A stretch of DNA of 62,985 nucleotides, the filler included, from Rhabdomonas costata (lineage: Eukaryota): the NCBI GenBank assembly GCA_019059605.1. It is 54 parts of 54 records of this genome, joined end to end, with 100 filler letters (N's around TTAATTAATTAA, not from the genome) between each part and the next. Parts side by side here need not be neighbours in the genome. Positions count along the whole stretch, not along the records: positions 37,391 to 38,457 come from JAHMHO010030339.1; positions 38,558 to 39,625 come from JAHMHO010030340.1; positions 39,726 to 40,793 come from JAHMHO010030341.1; positions 40,894 to 41,960 come from JAHMHO010030342.1; positions 42,061 to 43,128 come from JAHMHO010030343.1; positions 43,229 to 44,296 come from JAHMHO010030344.1; positions 44,397 to 45,464 come from JAHMHO010030345.1; positions 45,565 to 46,632 come from JAHMHO010030346.1; 46 more parts are not named here. One strand, given 5' to 3'. The position numbers were made by a program, and so were the translations under genes. Shown here in pieces: positions 37,605 to 51,271 of this stretch (positions are counted from its first letter, which is position 1; each line of letters starts with the position of its first letter). The notes beneath the pieces were generated by a model. That model had not been told where the DNA came from and made no database searches. It worked only from the letters and a program-made list of their open reading frames with translations.

Positions 37605-40141
37605 ATACTAGACCGGCTCTGCCGGATAGACCATAGATTGTGTTTCCCCCCCCCCCCAAGCGCTTACACATACTCTTTCAGTTGGCATCCTTTGTTCTCC
37701 GCCTCCTTTTTTCCTTACGTTTGTCTCCCGTACACACTGCGCTCTACTTTTTGCCCCTTTTTGTTGCGTTGCAACCACCCTGTGCATAGTGCCATCAGAC
37801 GGTCCCCGTGGTTTTTGTCCCCCAACATCCACACCGCCTTCGTCACCCCCGCTACACATCGCACCCCTTTGAATCATTCATCCAGCATCCCGCGCACACA
37901 CCAGTTTTTGCTGCAGTCCCCCTCCCAGTTACTCTTACACTCCCCAGGCGTGTGCTTTCCCGACGTTAGAGCTCTCTACCTGTTGGCGTACCTTCCGGCT
38001 TCTCATCTCTTTCTTGTTCCATACGTGTTGTTGTTTGCTGTTTGCTATTTGCACGTGGACCCACCAAGTGTCGAACGGTGTTTTGCTTTTCACTCGTTGG
38101 TCGCTAGATCTCCCCATCCTCAAGGCATTGTTCCGCCTTGTCAAAGCCACCCTTTCCCCCTTTCCCACTTCATTTCTTTGCTCTGTTTTTAATGTTTGCT
38201 GTTTGCTGCAACAAAGAATAATCTCTGTCTGAACTGCAGTCTTGTTCCTGGGTAAAGAAATAAAGCAAACTGGTGGCAAGGAGCGCGTACCCGCTTGGCC
38301 TGAAGCTTGGCCTGAATGTGCAGCATGTCAGCGGGAACAGCGGCGGCCGCGGGGGGAGCCAGGACCCATGGAGAAGGCACAGGTCCACGACCGGGTCCAG
38401 CAGGTACTGGGAAAAAAATTAAGAAGTTGACAGTTTTTGCACCGACACAACACACACNNNNNNNNNNNNNNNNNNNNNNNNNNNNNNNNNNNNNNNNNNN
38501 NTTAATTAATTAANNNNNNNNNNNNNNNNNNNNNNNNNNNNNNNNNNNNNNNNNNNNGTGTTGGGGTGCCAGCGGGGTCCACCTCCATCGGCGGCCAAGT
38601 GTCAGGCGTGGAATGTTGATGCCCAGGACATCCAGGGATCTGCTGACCCGCCTCGGTACCTCATCTTGCCGTGCCGTGTCACGGGGGTCGCCGCCCTCAG
38701 CCAAACCGCCGTGGACATCGCGTTCCACACCTTGGCTTCCATGTCCACGGCGGTCTCGTTCGCATAGTCGCAGCTATTCTTCATCTGCTTGATGAGATTT
38801 TTTGTAAAAAGAGATGGACTGTGGGTGTAATCCGCCATGCGTGTCGGAATAACTCCATCCTACTTCCTGGCATCACGGAAGGTACCGCTTATCCTTGTGC
38901 TGGTGTGCTCTTTGGGATACGCCATGTCGCGAACAGACCGTGAAGTACAAGCGTGTGGGCCTTTGGGGAGCGTTTTCTGGAACAGAAGGTCGGCTGGTAC
39001 TAAGCCAGAAAGCTGCGTGAGGCGCTGTTACTTTATGGCCAAGATGTTCCCGTCTCGGCACGCATTGTCATTTGAGTACACTGTGTCCGAGTATGGTTAG
39101 TCATTTTCCTGTTGTAATTGCGTGCATCTCTACGAGTACATAATTTGTCGCTTCTCATATCTCCGCTTGCTGGCGGCTCTCTGTTATCGTGTGACTTTCT
39201 CTTTCGGTGTCTTCGTGTTTTTTGTCACTTCTACCTTCATTCCAAATCCTTCCAAATCTCACTGTCTCTGTTATCCAGTTCAACCGCTTTTCTCTCTCAG
39301 TTAGTCACCTGCTCTGACTGCGTTGCTTCCGACTTGCCTTGGTCATAATTTGAAGTTCTTGTTCTTCGTTCTTAAATTTTTCTCCATTCGACTGCTAACA
39401 TTACGGGCTATGACGTGATTCGTGTTTTGTAACCAGCTTGCCTGGCCTGGTTACCTCAGTCGTGGTGCCCATTGACCACTTGAGTAAGACCAGTGCTCGT
39501 GGCATCGTGGCTTTCGTTGCCCCCGTTGTTCTGAAAGACATCTGGGCGCCCGTTGTCGGTATTATTTGGCGATATCATTAAGTAGAGTTCTGCATGTTTT
39601 GGAACAACGGGGGCAACCAAAACCCNNNNNNNNNNNNNNNNNNNNNNNNNNNNNNNNNNNNNNNNNNNNTTAATTAATTAANNNNNNNNNNNNNNNNNNN
39701 NNNNNNNNNNNNNNNNNNNNNNNNNATGCGCAAGCTCCTGCCTGTGCCTGCGTGTATGGGGGCAATGCGCCGGTGCAGGCAATTGGCTGAGGCTTTTGAC
39801 ACTTACATCGGACACAGCTGGGCAGCATTAAGGTTAGCACGATCGCCTCGCCTTTTGACTCGGTGGCAATGGGTGTCAGGGAGACACAACCACAATTCGC
39901 TACACAATGCGCGCAGCACCCAATAAAGCGCCATTCAAACTTCTTCGAACTTCACCCCAGCCCACTTCTACGGTACCCATTTCCGCAGGGGTTTCTTCTT
40001 AGGCAGGGAAACGAGGAGACGCCTGAAATGCAAGCGGAAGGGGGGCGTTTTATCGACTGCCGGGTTCAAGTGAACAAACGGTTGAAATGGAGCGAAATGA
40101 GAAAGAAATAAAGCAACTGAGAAAGAGAGAGGAGCGAGCAC

Positions 40142-40622
40142 CGCTCTGCAATCGCCTCTGCAGCGGCACTGGTTGCCTCGCGCTTGTGCTGCTGCAGCTC
40201 CTCCCGCACGGCGGCCAGCTTCGCGGCAAAGTCGCGCTGTTGCTCTTCACCCGACACCCGGAGCTCCGCCAATGGGCCCTCCGCCGCGGCAGCCCTGCGC
40301 CCGCACAAAGGCAAAAACAAAACATTAATAATGGGGTAGTGGGTAAAGGGCAAGGAGCCTCGTCGCACTTGCTGGAAACCTCGACTATGCAGCCCAGATA
40401 ACACTATTTCTCTCAGCGGCAACTCGGGGAATTAGCCCCCCCCCAATGGTCGAACCCTTTCCCCTCACCTGCGTTCCGCGGCAGCGGCCATCTCTTGCAG
40501 CTGTTTGAGCTGCCGCTGCACCTCCTCACTCTGCTCCGCCGAGGCCCTCTGGCGGCAGATGCGCTCCGCCTCTAGAACGGAGTGTAGCTCATCCAGAGCG
40601 GCCCGAAGAGAGGAGTTCTCTC
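40142..40622 (-). CDS. Coiled-coil protein; exons 40622-40469 and 40294-40142
   Basis: E/Q/A/R/L heptad-rich translation; phase-compatible GT-AG intron. Confidence 0.65.
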
Positions 40623-43229
40623 CTGGAAGGGCACCAGAGTCAACAAAAAACTTTTTCACAGCAGTAAAAGAGCTTACAAAAAGGCGCGTCTTGAAAAGAG
40701 CCGGCGACAGCACCAGGTAAGTGGCGCCTTGGGGTTCAAGGGAAGGGTTTCCGAGCCCAAGTTCTAATGGTGAATCTCACCAACAACCACACANNNNNNN
40801 NNNNNNNNNNNNNNNNNNNNNNNNNNNNNNNNNNNNNTTAATTAATTAANNNNNNNNNNNNNNNNNNNNNNNNNNNNNNNNNNNNNNNNNNNNTTGTTGT
40901 GGTCCTGCAAGGGGCACCTCGATCGAAGGATGGACTTGTTGCCCTGCGGGCGGCCTGCCAGGGCCATCCCGCGAATGTCGCGGATCTGCTCCTTCGCAGC
41001 GGTGTGTGCTTTCCTTTCGTAGGGACGATAGCGTCCACGGCATGAGCACGAAGTCCCAAGGGGGTTGGGTTGGAGTTCCTCCCCGAATTGCTCAAGGGGT
41101 GAGGACACTGGCTAGGTTTAAGTTGCGCGTCCCCGCTTCGTCGCTTCACTTCTGTCGACCGGATTGCAGCCTCTCTCACTCTCTAACACTGCACTGTAGG
41201 TGAGGGACATGCAAAAGACGGGCTTGTGGTTCTCCGTGCTGCTTGTCAAGACCACCCTGGGGAGACTGCCGACCTGCTGCTCCGCAGTGGTATACCAGTC
41301 GCCGGGCGGGAGTGATGTACAGTACTGTATTCGCTGCCTGAACCGTTGAGCGTTTGGAAGACACAATTCTCAACAAAACCCTCACTACCCGTGGAAAGAG
41401 TGATTTTGATTCTATTTTTCAGTTCCAACTCTGTATTTTTTAATTCATTATACGGAGAATCACAAGAGTTAGCATACCACAAACTTATACGTAGTATGCA
41501 CTGTTCCAGTCTCCCAAACCATTAGCATAACATTCTTTCTCCTTGACCTGATTTTGGCTCTTTTGGGGGATGCCTGTATCAGCTTCGACGGGCGACGTGG
41601 TGGACTCGGCCGCTCACCCCCATGGAGAGATTCATGGCTCCCCGATTCACACTCCTCCTGTCTCCCCAATGGTGCCACACCGGAGCGCAGACTCGGACGT
41701 GGTGTGTGCCCGCTTACCCCAGTTGCGCCATAAGCTGAGCCGTTGTCCCATGGATTACAGCTTTAGGAATATTGTCCCTATGAGCGTTCACAGTAATAAA
41801 AGATATTTCAAGGACGAAGTAAAGGGAGGGATCCACGGGTTGATCCCCCCTTCAACCCGAATCCCCCTCCCGTGGCAGCCTTCCCCCTCCTCTGTGTGCT
41901 CAATGCATTTGCTCTTCTCTTGCGTCGTGGCAAGAGAAGAGCAAATGCATTGAGCACACANNNNNNNNNNNNNNNNNNNNNNNNNNNNNNNNNNNNNNNN
42001 NNNNTTAATTAATTAANNNNNNNNNNNNNNNNNNNNNNNNNNNNNNNNNNNNNNNNNNNNGTGTTGGTGTGTTTGGGTGGGGTTGTCTTCCAAAAACACT
42101 CCAGAAGCACTTCCGGCACCTGCACCTGCACGAAGCGTCCGTGATTACGCCGGAATTGGTGGTGGTGGTGGTAGTGGTGGTGGGCAGTAGGACCACTTAC
42201 TTCGTCTCAAATCTTCGCCCTATTCGCTCCCGTGCCTTCCGACATGGGCCCTTTGGGACCTCCACACCCATACTTGATGTGATGGCAAATACTCTTGAGT
42301 TGAGTTTACTGGCAGCTTCCCCCTTGAGGCCTTTTCGAGGGGAGACCGCAAGAGACCTTCCTGGTCATTTTTGGACCCTTCAGGGAGTTGTAGGGCTGTT
42401 GTTCTTGGTAATCCGTGAGTGATTTTTTCTGGCAACTGACACACCGACACTGGCAGCGCTCTGCTCCACGGGCAAACTGTGGGAGCCAGCTGCCAGATCT
42501 TGGAAACCGTCCTCAGGGGAACAGATCGCATTACTCTTCGCGCACCATCCAGCACGCACACATACAATAGCGCACATGTACGCTCACGTGCGTACAGTGC
42601 GTGCCGCCCCTCGAAGAGGGTCCGCCGCCAGGCCAAGCGGCTGCTTCCAGAACCCAAGCACCGGCTTCGGGTCGGTGGTGGCGACCCGGGAGCCCCTGCC
42701 TCCCGTGCTCCTGCTATGGCACCTGGAACTGGTATGCCGCTGTTGTCACCTAATGTCCCTCAAAACCCTTAACCGCTGTGTTCTTTGTTGTGGCTGGGGG
42801 GATGCTCGGCGGATCCGTAGAAGACGGAGGTATTTGTGAACCCCTCCCCTGCGTTCCTCTCTCCTTGCGAAAGGTTGAGTTCCATACTTTTGGAATGCTT
42901 CTCCCTGGGAACCAATCGATTTTCTGAGTTTTCGGAAGAAACCACTTAAAACACTGGAAATCACCGGTGGTTGGTCCCCAATTACGTATCTCGTCAACCT
43001 CTTTTCCAAGGCGATGTGGAACCCATATTATTCCTTTTTTTCTTGGTCCTGTGGTTTCTTCTGGAGAGTACATTTTTCAGCGGACAGACTTCAGCTGCAC
43101 CTCCACCCCAACCCCACACCCCGTCCTCNNNNNNNNNNNNNNNNNNNNNNNNNNNNNNNNNNNNNNNNNNNNTTAATTAATTAANNNNNNNNNNNNNNNN
43201 NNNNNNNNNNNNNNNNNNNNNNNNNNNNG

Positions 43230-43573
43230 TTGGTGTTGACACTTTATGATGTCCTGGAGCTCTGCAGTGACGAAGCAAAGCTCCGAGAGTGGTTAAGGGG
43301 TTATGGAGTTCTCCAAGAGCCGCCTTCCAAGTGCTCCAAATGTGGCTCTGAGCTGAAGGCCAGTGTGCACAGGGGCAAGCTTGGCCTGGTGTACTCGCCA
43401 GAAGTGCCGCATTAGAGTGGCGGCTGTTATGGATGGTCCCCTGCAGGGCTCTGAGCTGATCGTATCCTTTTATTGATCTCTCAGGGGGTTAGGAAGCGAT
43501 GCACGCGCCCCCTAGATCACCCTAGATCAGGATATTTCGTCTCGCATGGGTTTGAGGCGATGCACGTGTCCCC
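43230..43573 (+). mobile_element. Merlin/IS1595(ISXO2)-like DNA transposon remnant: frameshifted N-terminal Zn-ribbon followed by duplicated terminal-type motifs
   Basis: LYDVLELCSDEAKLREWLRGYGVL...KCSKCG, then in a shifted frame CTRQKCRIRV...GPLQGSEL; DDE core absent; repeated motif near 43484-43513 and 43548-43573. Confidence 0.6.
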
Positions 43574-43738
43574 TAAAAAAAGATACACTGCTGAAGGTAT
43601 GCCGAATGTTCAATATACGTCGTTATAGGTTTAACGCGTCCCCATCCAGAATGTCCAAAACCGAAACCGAAACGAGACAGCGCTAACAATCCATACGGGG
43701 CGAAGATGCACACAGACGACACATCAACATCATAACAC

Positions 43739-44050
43739 CGTGGAAGCGAGGATGATTGTCACAACTCCAAGCACCACGTAGCCCGCGGCCCGAGAGATCT
43801 CACAGGAGCCCAGTATCACGGGCTCGTCCTCGCGGCGGCAGAACCACCACCACACCCCGCACAGCCCCAGGAAGGCCACCAGGTAGCCCACACTGGAGGC
43901 CAGGCACACCGCGGCCAGAAGCACCACCACGCAGCCGTAGTTGCCTAGGAAGTACCGCAGGTTGCGGTGCACCCGGGGCAGCACCTCGGGCAGGCTGGGG
44001 CACGACACCCGGCTGCCGTCGAAGAACTCCCCCCAGGGCTGCAGGTGGAC
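43739..44050 (-). CDS. PRA1: PRA1-family protein (prenylated Rab acceptor) exon
   Basis: LQPWGEFFD....S.P......RV..NL.YF.GNY followed by hydrophobic segments; CAG/GT bounded, 104 codons. Confidence 0.88.
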
Positions 44051-45623
44051 CTGAGCAAGACCGCAAGGGAGGACAGTCAGTGCTTTGGCACCGCAAAATG
44101 GGGGACAAGGAAACCCCAAAGCTTTCCAATAACATCTTCGAAGTCTAGTTGGACATGTTACACGCATTATGGACTGGTGCGTTCGTTCCAAATGTGGAAT
44201 GTGGAATTTGTAACTGCGGTTGCGGTTACGACTTGTGTTCCCTTCGGCGCTGTCAGTGTTTTAGCTGTTTTCGCTTCCTTTTTGTTGCCAAATTAANNNN
44301 NNNNNNNNNNNNNNNNNNNNNNNNNNNNNNNNNNNNNNNNTTAATTAATTAANNNNNNNNNNNNNNNNNNNNNNNNNNNNNNNNNNNNNNNNNNNNTGTG
44401 GGTGTGGCTGGGTGGGGCTGCGGGGCAGCCGGACAGCTGGACAACCGTCACTGTGCGTGGAAGTGAAGTTTCGAAAGCAGTAGAGAGTGGGGAGACGAGC
44501 AGGGAGACTGCGCTTGAGCGAGGAGACAGCACCTGTTCTCGGGAGGGCGTAGGGGCGTTTGGGCACGTCTTAATAGTAGTGCCTGTCGAGATAAAATAAG
44601 TTACATCCCGAAACTTTATGGCATCTTTAACCACTGCGGCACAACAGTTGCAAAGACACAGAAATCACAGAGAAAAGTGGAACATGGTTTAAATGTTTTC
44701 ATGCTGCTGAGGCAAAAAGCACGTGTTCTGAGTTTACGGTGTAACGTGCTATAGTTGGTTGGTGGATAAAGAAGGATTGTGCTCCCGCGCAGGTTAGTGG
44801 TAACGTTTGTGCATGATGTAATAATGTAATTCCATGCATGTGTCTTGAGGACAACTTTTGTGTTTGTCCGGTCATGCCTTCTAAGACCTTCAATTATTCC
44901 GCAAACTGACACTTACACGTACACTTACACTTACACTCCACGGATCCACTTGTACTGACGGCCCCACAAGCAACTTTGCCCACCTTAAGGGTTCGAAAGG
45001 GCCACCTTCTTCCTCTAAAACCAACCTTGGAGCCTAGAAGAGGGCGTCATTCATGAGCGTCGTGTTGAGCGGTCAATACGGTGACCGGTCGGCTTTCCCC
45101 AAACACCGCTGTATGGGTGCCCCCACTTGGGGCTTTGTTTGTGAGTATCAGCTTTTTACCCATTTCTCCCTCAGCTTCGGCAGCAGCTCTCGCGGGTTGA
45201 GTTCTCCCTGCACGCCGAGAACGTCAGCCTTTTTCGGCAGCTAGGCTCCCTTGTGGTGGAGCTGCAGTGGTTGCGGCGGGTGCAGGAGCAGCAGTGGCAG
45301 TGCCACTCAGCTCAGGCGAGCTTTTCATTTCGCGCTCCCTCTGGTTGGTGACCCTCCCTTTCAGGCCACCGCCCGTGTTCGAGGTCGTCTGAGGCAGTAG
45401 TGCTAACGTTCCTTCCAGCTCCGGTAAAAAAGAAACGATAACTCCAGGGGTATACAAAACCACANNNNNNNNNNNNNNNNNNNNNNNNNNNNNNNNNNNN
45501 NNNNNNNNTTAATTAATTAANNNNNNNNNNNNNNNNNNNNNNNNNNNNNNNNNNNNNNNNNNNNTGTGTGTGTGTGTGCGCGCCCCTCGCCGCAGCTGCG
45601 CCGGAATCGTCCTGAACACCGCG

Positions 45624-45654
<31 letters not shown>

Positions 45655-47284
45655 GCACACACACACACCGCAGCGAAGACCGGGCAAAGGACAGTTAGTA
45701 CGGGGTTGGGGAGAATTGGGGTTGTATGGTCGTTATTGACAGACAGAGAGAGAGTGTATGTGTGTGTGGAGGGGGCAACCAGGATCAGTGCTAGAGATCT
45801 CGGAGTCCTCCGCCGTGGAGCATAGTTAAACAGCGGTAAAGGAGGACCGGCCGACGCATGCCTTTCGATCTCATGACGAGATCAAAGAATCTCGTCAGCA
45901 CCACCACACCACAGAGGCAAAAGACGCAACACCTCAGGCGGCAGGTCCAGACCGATGCGCTGGCAAATCAGGTCGAACTTCGCCTCCATGTTAGCCATAA
46001 TTGGGAATATGAGCCAAAAAAAACCCTTCTCCCTCGCCTTTTCCCTTTCTCACCGGAGATGGAAGAAGGAGAGGAGCTGCAGGGAGTCACCGCCGAACAC
46101 GTGCGTCAAATTTCTTGTCGACACGACATTAAATTATGAGGAGGACTAGTGGCTCTTCATTCGGAGAAACGGTCGCAAGAACAAGGAACGAAACGAATGA
46201 CGGACCAATCCCCATCCTACTCCATTAGATCGTTGGGTGAGGTCGGAAATAAGATTTGGACTGGACGCCTTTTCACGTGGCGGAAAAAGTATAAATCTCA
46301 AAGGTATCTTCAATTTTTGCTGTGGAGTGGAGTCGCCATAACAACCTCTCCAACTGAAGCAAAACGGCGGCGAGGAGCAACTGGTTTTGAGATTCTACAT
46401 GGCCACAAGAATTCAGCGAGCCATCGGTGACACCTCCAATGGAAAAGAAAAGCGCGTCAGATGGAGCGCCACTTCACAAGAAGCCTTGTTCGGGATCCTC
46501 GAAGGTCTGCAGGAGTTTACGACCCTTCACTCTCCCTCGGAATTTCGCCAAGTCATGACCAGCATGCGAGGATACCATACAAGACTCGTCCGAGTAAAAA
46601 ACTCTGCAATTTCAGAGGAAAGCACCCCCCCCNNNNNNNNNNNNNNNNNNNNNNNNNNNNNNNNNNNNNNNNNNNNTTAATTAATTAANNNNNNNNNNNN
46701 NNNNNNNNNNNNNNNNNNNNNNNNNNNNNNNNTGGCCTGTCGCCATGGAATCCACTTCTGGGATGCTGCGAGAACTCTTGCTGTTTGCCAAATACTCTGC
46801 GCCTTCACAAGCCATCATGGGTTATTGACAATTTCCCTCCCATCAGTGACTCCCGGTGTATCATATGCTTGAAGACCAGTCGCAAGTAGGACGAGGGACA
46901 GAAGTTTAAGCATCCTGCGGTTTGCGTTGAACACACTGATTTTTGTTGACGTTGTGTGGGCGAGTGCGCGCGACCTGGGGAACTGCAGCCTGCCAGGGGG
47001 GGTGGACAGTCAAACAGGGGGCAGAGTACCAGTTCGCTCCCCTCGGCACGCCGGTCAGAAAAGTACAGACCACGAGATCCACATCATCACGACGAGAGCT
47101 TTTGTTTGACCATCAGTGACATCCTCCATCGGGCAATCCGAACACACCCAAACTACTCTTGAGAAGGACTGTGGAAATGCTGCAGAGTGGTGGCGTGGGA
47201 GGTCGGCTTGGTGACGATATCGTTCAATTTAGGGGGACAGAGTCCCCTGTTCGGCCGTGTGGTGAGTCATGGACTGCAGCTCTC

Positions 47285-47338
47285 TCTCTCTTTGGGTGAG
47301 GAATGTCGAAATGAGTGGTGGCGCAGGAGTTCGGGTCC
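47285..47338 (-). repeat. Short dispersed repeat, copy 2, flanked by (CT)n
   Basis: Matches 19977-20032. Confidence 0.8.
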
Positions 47339-49172
47339 TCTCTCTCTCTCATTCTCTGTTACTACCTTGGTGAGGGGTGTGGGACGGGAGGTCGGTTCGG
47401 GTCTTTTTTTTGGCATAACTTCGATAGACGGGCCATGGGGCAAAGCACAAAGTATACCAACAGTCACTGGAAGTAGCCACCACGGATACAGCAGACTAGT
47501 GCAATAAAGGGATCAGCATCATCATTCCGCCTCCACTGGAACTCCTTACCATTGTCTTCCAAGTCAGAATACACGGCACCACGTGACCGTAAGAAGTTCT
47601 TCAGCCTACCCCAGGTGCCATCGATGCCTTGAGTAGACACCAGTAGTTGTTTGCCCCAGAGGCGTTTCCGGCGGGAAAACTCTCCAACAGTGGTCCACTG
47701 ACTGGCTTCAGAGTCCTTCCGTAACTTTCCTGGAACTGCTTCAGCTCAATCAACAGAGTAAACATGGCTGTATGTGAAAGCAGGCAAGGCACCCACCCCC
47801 NNNNNNNNNNNNNNNNNNNNNNNNNNNNNNNNNNNNNNNNNNNNTTAATTAATTAANNNNNNNNNNNNNNNNNNNNNNNNNNNNNNNNNNNNNNNNNNNN
47901 GGGTTTTTGTATGCCCTCCCCTTTCCATTCAGCACTCAACCCCTGATGAATGGAAAGGGGAGGGCATACAAAAACTTCAGCAGACATTCGATGTGAAAAA
48001 TCCACAGGGGCGAACATGAATATGCGAGCAAAGTATCGAGATTCACATGAATCAGAAGCGTAGTGGGGTCCTGAGTGCAAGACAGGCAAGTGCAAATGCC
48101 TAATAGCTGGTTTGGGGGCACCGTTGTAAGCTCGGGAGAGAGGAGAGCAAATACCGCGGCAGTACTTCCTGGAAGCGGGGAGGTGGCCTTGCAGGCCTTT
48201 TCTTTTCTCGTAACAGCTCCGCTGACACACTCGCGACACAGCATGGCGTAGGCCTCCGCGACCTGGAAGTGAGTAAGAACCTCACATTCAACGCACGAAC
48301 CTCCCCTGTCAATGCGCCTCACAACAACAGAAAAACGAGGGGACACACTTTGAACGTCCCGATGACATACCATGTCGCCCGGATTTGGCAGCACACTTTC
48401 GGTACGAAAATGTTCGTGGTGCCCGCTTCCGTTTGTTTCAAATTTATAGCTGTTGACCTCAGCTTTCGAGGTTCAAAAATTTGATCAGTCACAGCCTAAG
48501 CGCAACAACAGAACGGCTTGCATAGTACACTTCACCCGCACACACCAAAGATAACCCAAACAGCTCCTGCGCGGTGTTGCCCAGCAGTGGCACCAGCTCC
48601 CCCAGGGGGCCACTGCACCTCGCCGGGTCCGCTGCGGCCTCGAGGTAGCTCTCCACAGCCGCACGGCAACCCGGGCTCACCCTTTTGAAAAAACCCAAAA
48701 AACTTGCTTCGGTGAGAACCACTCAATCACCCGCTTTTGCGGGTTCCCAAGGTTATTTCGGGATGAGCTGCCGTGGGTTTCTTTGTGCTCCCACTGCGTC
48801 CATCCTCATCCTCGTTAGCGTGTGAATATGTGTGTGCGTGTGTGCGTGCGCGCTCGGTATCTGTTTGGTATACAGGTCGATGACAGGGTCCTGCAACACT
48901 CACTTGTGCACTGGAGCTGGAACTCGCAGACCTGCTACGTGAATGCACATGTACCCTGAACCCCAACCNNNNNNNNNNNNNNNNNNNNNNNNNNNNNNNN
49001 NNNNNNNNNNNNTTAATTAATTAANNNNNNNNNNNNNNNNNNNNNNNNNNNNNNNNNNNNNNNNNNNNGTTTGTTGTTGCTTATTTGCAAGGATTTATCC
49101 TTGTCTCTCTGCTGCTGAGCCAGTATGATTCAATTCAAATGAATGTTGATGTGCATTCTGCTTGTTTGTTAG

Positions 49173-50136
49173 GTGGGCTCTTACGACGGTCAGACGGCAT
49201 TCAATCCGAACACCCCCCTCCGGGTGTGGAGCAATGTGTCTAGCACGGCTCAGTCTTTATCCTACGCGTGGACTCTCCTTGATGCTGCGGGAACGCTGCC
49301 GCTGTCCGGGGTTTCCCTTTCCAGTCCCACGGTGGCCCCACTGGGAACGTCACAGCCCACGTTCACCCTGGTCTCTGGGGTGCTTTCCACGGCATTCACT
49401 CTGCAGCTCACTGTCACCGCTGTGCTAACAGGAGAGTCGGTCACCGTGACTCTGCAGGTCCCGCTGAACTTTCCTCCACGGGGGACCCTCGCTGTTTTGC
49501 CCTCGATTACTCCGGCTCGCTCCAGGGGGGATGTTCTGCTGAGCGGGCTGGCCTGGGTCGACCCCGATGGAGATGCCATGAGCTTTCAGTTTCGCTACTA
49601 CAGCCCCGTTCTGCAGGAATTCGTCGCGCTCAGCCCCGCGGCACTTCCCACGCCCTCGCTGACCACTACCTTTCCTGAACTTGCTGTGGCAACAACCATA
49701 ACAATTCAGCTGGTCGTGACCGATCAGCGTGGTGCGGTGGGGACTGCGATAACCACTGTGGCGGTGGCTCCCTCTACTGCCAAGGTGACGGAGGTGGCTG
49801 TGCAGACCGCAAAAGCAGCCCTGGCCAACGCCACAGGGAGTCAGAACACAGATCAGGTCATCCTGTCCGCCATGAACTACCTCACCCTTGTCTATGTTCA
49901 AGACCTCAATTCCACGGGCTCCTCCAGTCTCTCCTCACAGGCCACGGGGCTGATTGTAAGTGGGGTAGCACAGGTAGAAAGCTACATAGCCCTCACCTCG
50001 CCAGTTCTCACCTCGGGGCAGCAGCAGAATCTGCTGGCTATGATGCTTTTCAGTGTGGTCCTTACCCCATCCGTTGACCCCGAGGTTCTTCTCGCTGCGA
50101 CAGCTGCCTTGCTTCCCACTGCCGCTCCCACAAACC
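49173..50136 (+). CDS. Large exon of a PKD/REJ-domain cell-surface protein (partial)
   Basis: Open frame of more than 320 codons; LSYAW, FTLQLTV, NFPPRGTL.V.P, WVDPDGD.MSFQF.Y, LVVTDQRGA pattern. Confidence 0.75.
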
Positions 50137-50236
50137 NNNNNNNNNNNNNNNNNNNNNNNNNNNNNNNNNNNNNNNNNNNNTTAATTAATTAANNNNNNNN
50201 NNNNNNNNNNNNNNNNNNNNNNNNNNNNNNNNNNNN

Positions 50237-51271
50237 TTTGTGCGTGAAGCTCCCCGGGCCGTTCTCCCGGATCAGCAGCCGCACACACCCCTTCCGCTGC
50301 GAGGGCACCAGGCTGAAGGGGTGCCACTGCAGCCACGAGTACCCCGGGTAGTTCAGGAACACGTACTGACCCTGCAGGGCAGCGACGAAGGCACACCGGT
50401 GCACCAAATGGAGGGCTCAGTGAAGAAGCGGAATGCGGCAAGTTCAGAGCATTTTATGCAGGAACTAATTCCCACGTTCGTCACGATCAGGAGAGTCTCA
50501 AGTATCAAGCTGAATATGCTTCGGAGCAAAGTCAAAAGGTGAGGAACAGCACAATGCAGCAAGGGGATTTTCCGAGAACGGCACCAGAACCATTTACAGC
50601 GGATGTTTGCGTGCTAAATACGATGTAACCTACCGTGTGCATTCCATATGGACCCAGCAGGGCGGATTCGTTCAGCGACAAAATCAGAGAAGCCACGATG
50701 ACGGGATCGCCCCGCAGATAAAAGGCTCCGGTCGACCCTGTTCTCAAAAATACGCAGTCAGGGGTCTGGGGTCAGGGGTCAGGGCACCACAGTGGACCGG
50801 CACTCAATCTCCGGAGTCCTTCCGCCCGCTCACTTGCGACGCTCCTACAGAGCCCATCATAGCCACACCCAGCTTCCAGCCATAGCATACAGCTCCAATA
50901 TCAAACACGCGGAGGGAAAGATAGGGAAAAGCTCATCCATTGAAGCCCCAGTTCTGAAGGACCCCTTGAAGCCATGATCAACTCCATGCTCAAAACATCA
51001 CCGCGGTCAGGCTAATGGGGCATTACGGACAGCAAACCATTTCGTAGGAGAGGCTCCCAGAGCAGCAGAGCTCCAGACTGAGGATTTCGCCCCCCACAAC
51101 CTCCACGGCCTCCACCGTCGCCACATGCTTCCACACCCCAACCGCACGCAGCACCCAGTCCAGGGCCAAAAGAGCCATGCTGACAGACATCAAGATCGCT
51201 GTCCACACGTCATGCAGCACAGCAAAGACGATCGACACCGGGAACAGCACCACGTGGATGTACTGAAACAG
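50237..51271 (-). CDS. Ferric reductase/NADPH oxidase-family flavocytochrome; exons 51271-51038 and 50371-contig end
   Basis: F.Y.H..(x12-13)..H heme-ligating helix, D..LR, GQYVFL..P..S.LQWHPFS FAD-binding motif, G.FT. Confidence 0.88.

Noticed and set aside
39516..39618. 16-bp inverted repeat GTTGCCCCCGTTGTTC / GAACAACGGGGGCAAC
   Set aside because: Contig-terminal and followed by the A/C tail: same artefact signature
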